A stretch of 64,000 nucleotides of DNA from Anthoceros angustus (Eukaryota; Plantae; Anthocerotophyta). The notes beneath the pieces are model-generated. The model saw only the letters and a list, made by a program, of their open reading frames with translations. It was not told the origin of the DNA and did no database searches. This document shows positions 15,339-25,565 of the stretch, piece by piece. Location of the stretch: NCBI GenBank assembly GCA_010909165.1, contig MU008178.1:1004369-1068368 (forward strand). Reading direction: 5' to 3'. A program made the translations under genes and the position numbers. The first letter of the stretch is position 1; each line of letters begins with the position of its first letter.

Positions 15339-16208
15339 CTAGCTCCATCCTGCTGACTGAAGAAGCTTCTCTGAAGGTGGTTGCAACCCTAGCTTGTCTT
15401 CATCCTCCTCGTCAATATCCTCCCTTAGGTCGGCTACGGTTAGACACACACCAAGAGGTTCAAGCAGGTATGGCGTGTCCATCACCACGGCCCCAAACAC
15501 TGGGTAGACGCTATTGGCCATGAGGTTCTTATGATCCTTGCCATGCAGCTGCAGAGGGATGCGAGCAATCCGTTCATCAGTTTTGCTCCAGCATCTCTAG
15601 CCTGGTCGATAGTAGATTGTCTCCGTCCACAAATCCGCCATCACTCCAGGTTTGTACAAAGCGTCCGCTCCTAGCAAGACATCAAATGTGTCTGCATTAG
15701 TGACCAAGCAATGTACCTCAACAAAGGTGAAGTCAGCTATTCTTGGTTTGAATGAAACTTTCAGCTTGTACCTCGTCACCTCCAACATATACTCTGGGGT
15801 CCCAGCTGCGGTCTGGATCCTCCACTTGGTTTCCTTCAACCTGTCTTGGTGGAGACCCAACGCTTCCTTCCCTCTTCTTCTAACAATCATCGACTGTGCT
15901 CCGGTGTCAATCAACACCAACCTTGGTGCGAATCCATTGATTTCAATGTGCATCTCCCGATTGTTGACCAAAACCACCCCTGCTCGTGCAACATTCCGCT
16001 TCTCCACATAAATGCTTGGCTCAGAGGTCAACAATAACATCATTGTTTTCTGCTGTAGCACATCGTGGACACTTGCTTCGTCTTCAAGAATTGTAGATCG
16101 CAAGGTTAGTCCCCTTTGGCACGGTGCCAATGGTTGGTTCTTTCCCTTTTTCGTTGTGAGGTCGATGGGTTTTTCCATCTTTACATAAAGTCTCCACATT
16201 CTCTCCAC
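15339..16208 (-). mobile_element. LTR-retrotransposon gag-pol fragment: retropepsin aspartic protease
   Basis: LVLIDTGAQSMIV catalytic motif plus downstream DVLLGAD; in-frame stops beyond. Confidence 0.8.
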
Positions 16209-16956
16209 GTTCCCCCTCCCCCCTTCTGATCTGGCTTGAAGCTACATGCACGATCGTTGGTAACAGGATCCATTCAATAGGTTACTTTACGCAAACGCCC
16301 ATCAGGAGCCCTGTTTGCCGACCTTGGCCTTGACGTGGAGGACGAGGACAGGTGTGAAGGGAAGGGCTATCGCAGGAGGTGGCACACGATGGCCGTGTGC
16401 TTCATTCCTCCTTTCCAGCAAGGGTGCTGGCTACAGGTGCCATCCTCAATTTGTGACTGGAGACGCAAGGGATGTTCCGTTTTGCGGCTTGGGATGTTAG
16501 AGTGTCTCCGTCCAGGTTTGATCCCTGGCCAGACATCGCTCGGCATAGCAAGCCGTTTTTGTGATCTCGGAAGCACATGCTGGATGCTGTCGGAGTGGAC
16601 ATGAGAGTCTATCATCAGGTGCTAGTGCCTCCCAGCGGAGTGGAGTCAATGGCTGCTGTGGGAACACAGCCTTCAACATTGACACTGAGATTGTGGCTGC
16701 TTAGTTGTCCACGCCATCCCGACTTCAGGCACACTAGGGCGAAGGATACTTGCAGGCCTACTTGGATTCTTCTCCATCCAGCCTTGCCGGATGCTCCGCT
16801 GCGCGCTGGGGTGAGACCTTTTCACGGCCTCGCCTGCGAGACTTCAGAGAATGAGCAGTAATCTATCCCCCATATGTGTCTAGCTTAGTAGCCAAAACGC
16901 AATGTGGTTTATGGGGATTTTATCTGGTGGTACTCTGTACTGATATGTAGCTTGGT

Positions 16957-19900
16957 ATGCGGGGTGTTTTCAGGATATCATGCCAAGTAGAGAACCTGTG
17001 CAAGGAGGGACTGTTAGACAAGGCACTGGCTGCCCTGCAATGCATGGACCAGCAGGGTTGTGTGCCTTCTGTGCATCTTTATAAGATACTCCTGCAGCTG
17101 TGCATGAAGAAGAAGGCCCTTGCTGAGGCTAAGCAGATATATTCCCATTTTGCAAATCATGGACGGGATTCAACCAGGTTCTTAAGTGATCTTGCGGTGA
17201 CCACATTGGTGAAATGTGGGGGCCTTGCTGATGGACTCCAGTTATTTCGAAGCCTTGCACGTCGAACTGTCTACTCTTGGACAGCCATTATCTCAGGGTA
17301 CATGAATGCTGGATTTTGTCGGGAGGCGGTCTTATGCTATGAGCAAATGCAGCAGGAAGGTGTGAACCCTGACAAATACACATTTGTCAGCCTACTCAAG
17401 GCGTGCAGCAGGTTAGAAGACTTACAAGAGGGCAAGCGTATCCATGCAGATGCCGTGAGATATGGGTATGACTCAGATGTGTTCGTCGGAAGCACCTTGG
17501 TGACCATGTATTCAAGCTGTGGGAGCATGGTGGATGCAGAACAAGTGTTTGACAAATTGTCCCAGCAAGATGTTGTGTCATGGACCACCATGATTGCCGC
17601 ATATGCTCAGCATGGTCAAGGAGAAAAAGCGTTGCAGACTTATTGGAGGATGCAAGAGGAAGGGGTTAGGCCCAACGCCTGGACGTGTGTCAGTGCTCTC
17701 CAAGCTTGTGGTGCCCTTGCGGAGAAGGAACAAAGTGCTGTTGTAGACGGACAGAATGTTAAATTGGAGTTTCTGCAGAACGTCAAAGGCATTCATGCTG
17801 AAGCTGCCGGGAGGGGTTTTGTGAGTGATGTATTTGTGGGTAGCACTTTGGTTAGGATGTATGCAAAGTGTGGGGGCATAATGGATGCTGAGTTTGTATT
17901 TCATCAGTTGTGCAAGCGTGATGTAGTTTTATGGACTGTGATGCTTGCAGCATACGCTCAGCAGGGACAGGGTGCAAAGGCACTGCACATTTTTCGGCAA
18001 ATGCAAGACGAAGGGGTCATGCCAGATGCTCAGACCTTTGGCAGCATTCTCCAAGCATGTGCCGTGATTGCAGAGCAAGAGGAAAGTGCATATGTGGACG
18101 GGTCATATGTGAAGACGGAGTCACTTCAGATAGGGAAGGAAGTTCATGCTGAAGCTGCAAGCATGAATTTCGACTCAGATGCATTTGTCGGTATGACATT
18201 GGTTAACATGTATACAAAGTGTGGCAGCATCAGGGACGCACAGCAGGTGTTTGACAAGCTGTCTCAGCGGGATGTGGTGTCATCGACTGCAATGATTGCA
18301 GCATACGCTCAGCATGACCAAGGACGAAAGGCCTTGCAGATTTATTGCAGAATGCAAGAGGACGGGGTCAGACCAGATACATGGACCTTTGTCAGTGCTC
18401 TCCAGGCTTGTGGCATCCTTGCTGAAAAAGAGGGACATGCCATTGTGGACGGTAGACATGTGCACGTGGAGTGTTTGCAGAAGGGGAAGAGTATTCATGC
18501 AGAGACTGTTAGGAGGGGTCTAGAATCAGATCCATTTGTAGGGAACACATTAGTTAGTATATACGCAAAATGTGGGAGCATGAAGGATGTAGAATACGTG
18601 TTTCTTGAATTATCTCACCGAGACAGGGTATCATGGAATGCAATGCTCACAGCATACATTCTACAGGACCAAGGTGAGGAGTGCTTACAGATCTATGAGG
18701 ATATGCAAGCAGAAGGCATCAGACCTGATGCCCGCACATTTGTTAGTGTTCTCCAAGCATATGGAATCCTGTCCGAGAAGGAGGAGGCTACACTGCTCGA
18801 TGGGCAGAATGTCAGGGTGGGCATGCTACAGAAGGGGAAGATATTGCATGCTGAGGCAGCGGGCAGAGGTTTCGGATCAGACATTTTCATTGCTAGCAGT
18901 TTGGTTAACCTTTATGGAAGATGTGGGAGCATCAAGAACGCAGAGCAGGTGTTTGATGGTTTGTCTGAGCGTAATGTAGTGTCATGGACAGCAATGCTCA
19001 CAGCATATGCTCATCAAGACAAAGGGGAAGAAGGATTGCACATTTATGAGCAGATGCGAGAGGCACAGGTCAGGCCGGATGCTCATACGTTTGTGGCTGC
19101 TCTCCAAGCATGTGGCAGTGTTGCGGAAGTAGAAAGCAGTGCACTTGTGGATGGTCAAAACATCAAAGTGGAGTCCCTGCTCAGGGGAAAGGACATACAT
19201 GCAGGAGCTGCAAGTATGGGCTTTGAATCAGATGTCTTTGTTGGTAGCACTTTGGTCAGCATGTATGCAAAGTGTGGGAGCATCAAGGATGCAGAGCAGG
19301 TGTTTGACAGATTATCCCAGCGCAACGTGGTCTCATGGACTGCGATGATTGCCGCATGTGCGCAGCAGGGACAAGGAGAAAGGGCTTTGCAACTATTTGC
19401 CCAGATGCCAACAGAAGGTATAGAACCAAATGAGGCTACATTTCTCGCTGTCCTAGAAGCTTGTGGCACTACAGGGGCATTGAACGTCTGCCGGCAGACA
19501 CACCGTATTATTTTGGAGAGAGGGCTTGAGCACAGTCCTTTCGTGGGGAACAGTCTAGTTCATGCGTTTAGCAAATGCGGAAGCATGCAGGAGGCTCAGG
19601 AAGTTTTCGACTCACTCTCTGACCCCGATGTGGTGTCATGGAATGCGCTGATCGGTGGCTATGCCCGCAATGGAGGTGTGGAGAACAGTTTAAGATGCTA
19701 CGAGGACATGCATCTGGCAGCTGTGAAACCAGACAGATACACATTCATAGCCCTGCTTTCCGCCTGCAGTCATGCCGGGATGGTGGACAAGGGATTGGAA
19801 TACTTCGAAGCCATGAGCAGAGAGCACGGCATTCCTGCCGAGCTGGAGCACTATGTCTGTATTATGGACCTCGTGGCTCGAGCCGGACTGTTCAGCAAGG

Positions 19901-20301
19901 CTGAGGATTTGCTGTCGGGAATGCCAATGGAGCCTGATCTGCGCGTGTGGCTTTGTTTGTTGGGTGCATGCCAGAAGCACGGTAACGTGCTCCTGGGAAG
20001 ACGGGCCTTCGACGGTGCCGTGGGCATAGATCCAGAACATGCTGCGGCCTACGTGCTCATGTCAAACATCTACGCCCATGTTGGCATGTTTCACCTCGCA
20101 AAGGAAGTTGACGAAATGAGACAGGAAGCCGCGGCCTGGAAGGAGCCCGGGGAAAGCTGGATCGAGTATAGGCAGGAGGTGCACACATTCCTGGCGGGAG
20201 ACAAGAGGCACCAACAATCCGCTTTGGTGGATGGGTTGCTGAAAGAGCTAAGCGCAAGATTGAAGGACCCGGGGTCATTCGAGCAATTGTGTCACCTGTA
20301 G
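16957..20301 (+). CDS. PLS-class pentatricopeptide repeat protein with five long 'LL' motifs, E1/E2 and E+ (PG box), no DYW deaminase; organellar RNA-editing specificity factor
   Basis: 1114-aa ORF of P-L-S triplets (DVVSWTTMI../PDxxTFVSxLxAC../DVFVGSTLVxMYxKCG); C-terminal VWLCLLGAC, AAYVLMSNIYA, KEPGESWIE..HTFLAGD; true 5' end may include an upstream exon. Confidence 0.93.
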   Translation: MRGVFRISCQVENLCKEGLLDKALAALQCMDQQGCVPSVHLYKILLQLCMKKKALAEAKQIYSHFANHGRDSTRFLSDLAVTTLVKCGGLADGLQLFRSLARRTVYSWTAIISGYMNAGFCREAVLCYEQMQQEGVNPDKYTFVSLLKACSRLEDLQEGKRIHADAVRYGYDSDVFVGSTLVTMYSSCGSMVDAEQVFDKLSQQDVVSWTTMIAAYAQHGQGEKALQTYWRMQEEGVRPNAWTCVSALQACGALAEKEQSAVVDGQNVKLEFLQNVKGIHAEAAGRGFVSDVFVGSTLVRMYAKCGGIMDAEFVFHQLCKRDVVLWTVMLAAYAQQGQGAKALHIFRQMQDEGVMPDAQTFGSILQACAVIAEQEESAYVDGSYVKTESLQIGKEVHAEAASMNFDSDAFVGMTLVNMYTKCGSIRDAQQVFDKLSQRDVVSSTAMIAAYAQHDQGRKALQIYCRMQEDGVRPDTWTFVSALQACGILAEKEGHAIVDGRHVHVECLQKGKSIHAETVRRGLESDPFVGNTLVSIYAKCGSMKDVEYVFLELSHRDRVSWNAMLTAYILQDQGEECLQIYEDMQAEGIRPDARTFVSVLQAYGILSEKEEATLLDGQNVRVGMLQKGKILHAEAAGRGFGSDIFIASSLVNLYGRCGSIKNAEQVFDGLSERNVVSWTAMLTAYAHQDKGEEGLHIYEQMREAQVRPDAHTFVAALQACGSVAEVESSALVDGQNIKVESLLRGKDIHAGAASMGFESDVFVGSTLVSMYAKCGSIKDAEQVFDRLSQRNVVSWTAMIAACAQQGQGERALQLFAQMPTEGIEPNEATFLAVLEACGTTGALNVCRQTHRIILERGLEHSPFVGNSLVHAFSKCGSMQEAQEVFDSLSDPDVVSWNALIGGYARNGGVENSLRCYEDMHLAAVKPDRYTFIALLSACSHAGMVDKGLEYFEAMSREHGIPAELEHYVCIMDLVARAGLFSKAEDLLSGMPMEPDLRVWLCLLGACQKHGNVLLGRRAFDGAVGIDPEHAAAYVLMSNIYAHVGMFHLAKEVDEMRQEAAAWKEPGESWIEYRQEVHTFLAGDKRHQQSALVDGLLKELSARLKDPGSFEQLCHL

Positions 20302-20677
20302 AACTGTAAAGCGGCTGCGCAATGCATGCGGTAAGTTGAATACATGCATTTGGTTGTGGGCTGGAAAATTTTCTTCCTTCCTCGTTTGATGGAACACGAC
20401 CAGTCTCTCCAATGTAGGTAGCATACAAAATCAACGCAGGCCAATCTTGAGAAGGGAAAACAGAGCCTCTCCCTACAAGTCTGGAACAGTGAGAAAATCA
20501 AGGTGGTCTGTGGACCTTCTATCACGCTCTCAGCTGCTGGATCTAAAAGGTCCGACGAAGGGATCATAGGGGTCGATCGGATTGTGCAGGGAGTCGCTCT
20601 GGCTGGATTGCGCCTGTCTCTTACAGACGCAGCCCCGCTCCGGGCACCGTCTGACGACAGGCCTTGCGATTCTAGTG

Positions 20678-21364
20678 CTAGTGGCGGCGACGGTGCCTCC
20701 GACGCCGGTGTCTGCGATGCCTTCTCTTGCCCCTCTTGCCCTTGCGGCGACGATGGTGGCGACGGAGCCGTCTCCTTTTCTTGCGGTGCCGCCTCCCGCG
20801 CCGGCGCTTTTTGTGTCTCATTTTGCGTCTCCTCTTCCTGCGCCGGCCTCCCTTCCTCCTCCTCCTCCGCTTCCCCTTCCCCTTCCCCTTCCTCCTTCCC
20901 TTCCTCCTCCTGCGTCGTCTGTGCCTGCGGCGTCGGCCCACGCGGTGGCCTTTGCGTCGTCGCCGCTTCTTTCCCTCACCTGCGTGCGGGAGCTTGTACC
21001 CCGTCTTGCCCTTCACTAGCTTGCCGGTTCTCACGGCGCGGCGGAGCTGGCGCATAAGGTGCTTGCGGAAGCCCTTGGGCATCCCGCCCGGGTGGTGCTT
21101 GTACTTGTCCACGCAGAATCTGATGACCGTCTTGAGCTTCAGCCCATTGCGCTTGTGGATGTGGGCGAAAGCGTCGCGGATGATCATCTTGTAGGTCGGG
21201 TGGCCCTTGTGTCGGGTGCCACGCCGGGAGTGGTGCTTGTGGCGCTTGTGTCCATGGGCGCTTTTGCTCCTGCTCCTGCTCCTGCTGTGGCTTCCCCGCC
21301 GCCGTTTTCTGTGATGGTGTACCGGCGCTGCAGCCGGAGCTGCAGCGTGCGCGACCCCGTCCAT
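20678..21364 (-). CDS. Protamine-like sperm nuclear basic protein: histone H1 globular (winged-helix) domain with Arg/Lys/His-rich tails, intronless
   Basis: HPTYKMIIRDAF..NGLKLKTVIRFCVDKY..FRKHLMRQLRRAVRTGKLVKGKTGYKL (H1/H5 globular pattern); N-terminal SRSRSRS; C-terminal ~95 aa almost only R/K/H/G. Confidence 0.88.
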   Translation of the reverse strand: MDGVAHAAAPAAAPVHHHRKRRRGSHSRSRSRSKSAHGHKRHKHHSRRGTRHKGHPTYKMIIRDAFAHIHKRNGLKLKTVIRFCVDKYKHHPGGMPKGFRKHLMRQLRRAVRTGKLVKGKTGYKLPHAGEGKKRRRRKGHRVGRRRRHRRRRRRKGRRKGKGKGKRRRRRKGGRRRKRRRKMRHKKRRRGRRHRKKRRRLRRHHRRRKGKRGKRRHRRHRRRRHRRRH

Positions 21365-21657
21365 GGATCAATTCACTCCGATTCCCCCTCAGGCCTGGGC
21401 TCCATGGCTGCACACTGGTGCTCCGCGATGCGGGCTGCGATTTCGGCAGGGTGTCCACCCTCTGAGGGTCCCGATTCCTTGGCGCCACTTGGCCTTCCAG
21501 CCGCTTTTAAAGGCTGCGCCCGCGCCCCGAGCTCGCCATTGGTGGCCTTGCCGCCGCCACGGATCGCGCTGCGCCTGACGGTCAGGATTTGCTCCAGCCG
21601 CCATGGATTCCAGCAAGCGTCGCGCTCCATGCGACGCAACGTTCGGGGTTGAGGCCC

Positions 21658-21733
21658 AACCGACTTACCGGCCAACCGCTGTCATGTTCAAGGGATACCA
21701 ACCGTTAACGATCTCCGGTGGCCTTGAACCGTC
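21658..21733. promoter_or_regulatory. Cluster of four AACCG (MYB/DUO1-type) sites upstream of the protamine-like gene
   Basis: AACCGAC 21658, AACCGCT 21674, AACCGTT 21700, AACCGTC 21727; the last three fit AACSGYY (RRCSGTT on the gene strand). Confidence 0.65.
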
Positions 21734-23267
21734 GGGTCAGTCTTGGGGGAGAGCGAGAACCTCCGGCCGAGGGGATGTCTAGTGAGCGCTTAGGGCATCG
21801 AGGAGCCGTGGGCAGGAGGAGGAGATCTCTAGACAACTGGGCGGGGGAAGGAACATCTTTGGATCGATACATGCAGGTAGCACCCGGTCGGCGCGGCATC
21901 GGACGGCCGGGATGTGGTGACAGGTTTAAGGACTGGTCTGACGATCGTGCATCGTCTTCCTTGTACAAGGGTTCGTGTTTCTTTCATGCCTCATATGAAC
22001 ACATGTGCCTTTGTTTAATTGCAGGGTAGGAGTAAGTGGTCGATCGGCGGCACCTCGTCGCTGCCACAGGTGCGGGATCTCAGGTAAGTATACTAATCCA
22101 ATTCTTATTGAGTGCATTGTGCAAGGTGTCGAGGCCAAGTCGCCAATTTTGCAAGCCGTGACAGCCTCCGAGGTACAGGTATTCCAAGACAAGCAGGTTC
22201 ACAAACTCATGCACTGACGGGGACATTAATCAACTGTAACAACACAACCTAGGCCTCTTACTTGTTGAGAATATCCAGCAAGATCTGGTGGTGATACCCT
22301 TGGAAGTATGAGATAGTCCAGTTTAACTATTTGACTCGACACTTGTCCTTAGACATGTGACTGCACGTCGACTTATGTTCCTTGAGTCAGTAATATATAG
22401 ACCCTTTCATGTTCTTAAGCTATGTATGTACTCGGTCGCTCGCTCTCTCGGGACCGCAATTCTTAGTTCTCACCTAGCCTGACAAGGTAACAACTCCGTC
22501 AGACAGTGTAAGGGCCTCCAGCACACACGCACGCACCGAGCCAGTAAGAGGTCTGAACCTTCAAGCTTTTACTTCCTACTCTTCTCAGGGGCAGGTGATT
22601 AGATACCGACAACAAAGGCTGTAAGAGATCTTTTTCAATTATTAATTCGTCGTTAGAGGTAGGTATAATCTTGGTGTATACCCATGCAGAGCCTGTAAGA
22701 AATCAATTCACGACCTATTTATTTGTCGTTGGAGGCAGATATTACCAGACAAAGAAAGAAACTCCAGTACAACTTTGACATCCGCCCTTGAATGTACCCC
22801 CAAGACTGACGGTAGGTTTACCTTTGCCTTGTACCCAGACCTGATTAGCGATAAGCGCCAGAGTCTGTTCGTCCCTTTCACCCTGAGGGGCCTGAGGCCA
22901 TCTGAGAGGATCTCCACACTCCAAGTGGTAGAAGCAGAAACAGCTCACCATCGAAGGTAAAGGTTCCCAGGTAGAGGTGTTCCAATCCTGTTGATATAAG
23001 GTGAGGCGAAACCATAACTAACCTGGCATAGTTCCCCGGTATATCCAAGGACCAATCTACTTCATGAAGCCATTGACAAGCTGCACATAAGACTGAGTGC
23101 CATGCGTAGGACCAAGAGTGCCCCAAACAGTACCCCAGGTGAGGATAGGTAAGAGATAATCTAACATCGTACTTCCCTTCTGCAATTCAGAAGCACATTC
23201 CCTAAAAGATACCTCATGTCATGACCGTACAGGAAGAACTGTCAAAGTTTGCGAACTGAGGAGGGCC

Positions 23268-25565
23268 TTACATTTGCACCGTATTTTTTTTCTCGAACTT
23301 TTGGGCAAAATTTCTCAACACTAGAGCATCTCTGAAAGAGAAGTAGTCTTCGAGACTTGCTTTTGCCCAATGCTTACAGTAGTAGTCATCCGTAACTGCA
23401 AGACATTTCATTGGAAAAGGCCCCTTTGGTAACCTCTGCAAGGCTATCAGAAATCTGTGTCGGGGTTTGATCCTCTGGTCAAGAGACAAAGAGAAATAGG
23501 CTGGAAAGCTGACCACTGTTTGCACTCCACCCTTGAGTTCCCTGACTAGATACGCGTACTTGGGCTTCAGAGAGTTCTCAACAGACAACGAAAATACCTG
23601 CAAAATTGGTACAAGCTCTCAACCTTAGCAAGAGCAGTGACTTGTCACGGCAAAGTATAAGATCAAGACAGATAATAAGCTAACACAATGACCGACAAAC
23701 CTAGTATACCTGTGTCATCCGCGTGAGGACCTTCAAAACGTCCTCTTCACTCATACCGATACTCCTCAGGAACTCAATTCGTGGTCGAATACCCTCCTCA
23801 ACGCTGTAGTGCAACAGTTGTGGATGTTTTGTGACGATCTTCGCCAGAGTCACCTTTGTCACTTTCATTTCCTGTAAGAAAAATTCTACTTGAGGCTCCA
23901 ATGACTCTTCGATGCTCTGAGTCAGTACTTGAGGGCTCCTTGTCACCACTTTGGGGATGTCGAATTCGCTAATCCCCACAACTTTCCGTAGAAAGTCAAC
24001 TCTAGGTTTCAGAGAGTTCTTAAGACTGCACTCCAGTATCGAAGGCCTCACCCTTATCATCTTCCCTACGGTTACTTCAGGTATCCCCAGGCTCCTAAGG
24101 TATTCTATCTTCGGTTTTACCATGCTGTCAACTCTATACTCCAAAATTTGTGGATGCTTTACTATCAACTTACTCAAGAACTTAGATTTAATACCCAAGC
24201 TTCCTAAGAACTGAACTCTACCTTTCACCGCATCCACTCTAAGTTGTAAACAGGCCCTATTACGTTCAGCAATCCTTTGAAGGTCTTCATCCCCTAGACC
24301 TAGTGAGAGGAGGTATTCCACCAGTGGCAGGTACTTGTCATCTATGCTAAGTTGCCTTTGTAAAGACTCGAGCCTTGTATCTACAATATTACTGCTATCC
24401 ATCTCCTGCAAGGGCAAACAATTGTCACAGCTTGCTGAAAATATCACACCCCACAGAACCCAATGTGCTGCCTAAAATGCTCAGCTTTCGCTACCAGAGA
24501 TACTCCAAACAGTCAGGGCGTGGTTGTCAACAAACTCAAATCTTCTGCTCTGATTCTCATAGCTAGCAGTAAATCGATCCTACCAGACGTCAGTCAGCTA
24601 GCATACCCAAATTTTTTACTGGAGCAGAACCAGGGCCAAGATTGTGATTCTTACATTAGGTGGCGCTCGTAGATAGGAGAACGGCTTTCGTGGCATTCTC
24701 CTCATCGAGGAACTCGATGGTTTGGTTGTCCGCTGGCCCTCTTTTTGTGGGGCAGTGAGCCTAAAGGTTGTGACATTTTGATATTTTGGCTGTCGAACCA
24801 TTCGATACACTTGCTCTTCCCACTGCTTCCTCGATAGGGTCCCCTGCCGCTTGTCCAAAGTCAAAGATCCACGAAGATTGACCTTCTGTGCATGTCCAAG
24901 CGGGTATTGCACCTTTAACTCTTCACTATCAGCCTTCCTGATGATTCCATGTCCCTTGTTCTGTTCCGCATTCAAGGTGCTGACGGGTTTGCCAGTGGAT
25001 TTCAGATTAGCTCTTCCCACCTTGTTCCCTTTCCTCAACCCACCCCTTTGGACATTCTCTGGCAACTCAGAAATCTGCGAGTCTTCCAATCCTGACTCCA
25101 CATCCTGTACCGACAGAACCATAATAGTGGACACCTCACCGTAAGTCTCATTGGGTAGAAGGGTGTGGATTCAGCGAGATAACCAACTTGCCTCATCTCT
25201 ATATACTCAAATCATCAAATGCTTGTTGCCTACTGCCTGTCAGTGATGCTCACGACAGGTACAGTGAGCCCTGATAAATGCAAGGTGTTCAAGAATGTGA
25301 CCTGAGAATCAACATCAAAGGAGAGGAGGCTCTCATCTTCATCTTCAGGGCTGAAAGTCAGCAGCGGTTGACCATACCGGGAGCGCCGATTGGGCTTGGA
25401 GATCTGAGGATTCGACTGCACAGAGACTGCAACTTCAGCACGCTCACCCGACGGCTGCCAAGGAACCCAGGCTGCGAAGCTGCTCGGAGGACCAAGGCAG
25501 AAGAAGGAAGACTGCAACCTGGGCGAGCTTGAAGGTGCGCACCACAACGGAGGGGCCAAAGCCAT
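23268..25565 (-). CDS. Organellar mTERF protein, mTERF9-like (about 4 exons)
   Basis: mTERF repeats (HPQILEYRVDSMVKPKIEYL, SPQVLTQSIEESLEP, HPQLLHYSVEEGIRPRIEFL), YFSLSLDQRIKPRHRFL..KGPFP; plastid-transit-like N-terminus with SNP..RRSRYG. Confidence 0.9.

Noticed and set aside
20503-21194. Plus-strand Ser/Cys-rich and Leu/Arg/Pro-rich ORFs (20503-21057, 20727-21194)
   Set aside because: Antisense shadows of the low-complexity protamine-like CDS
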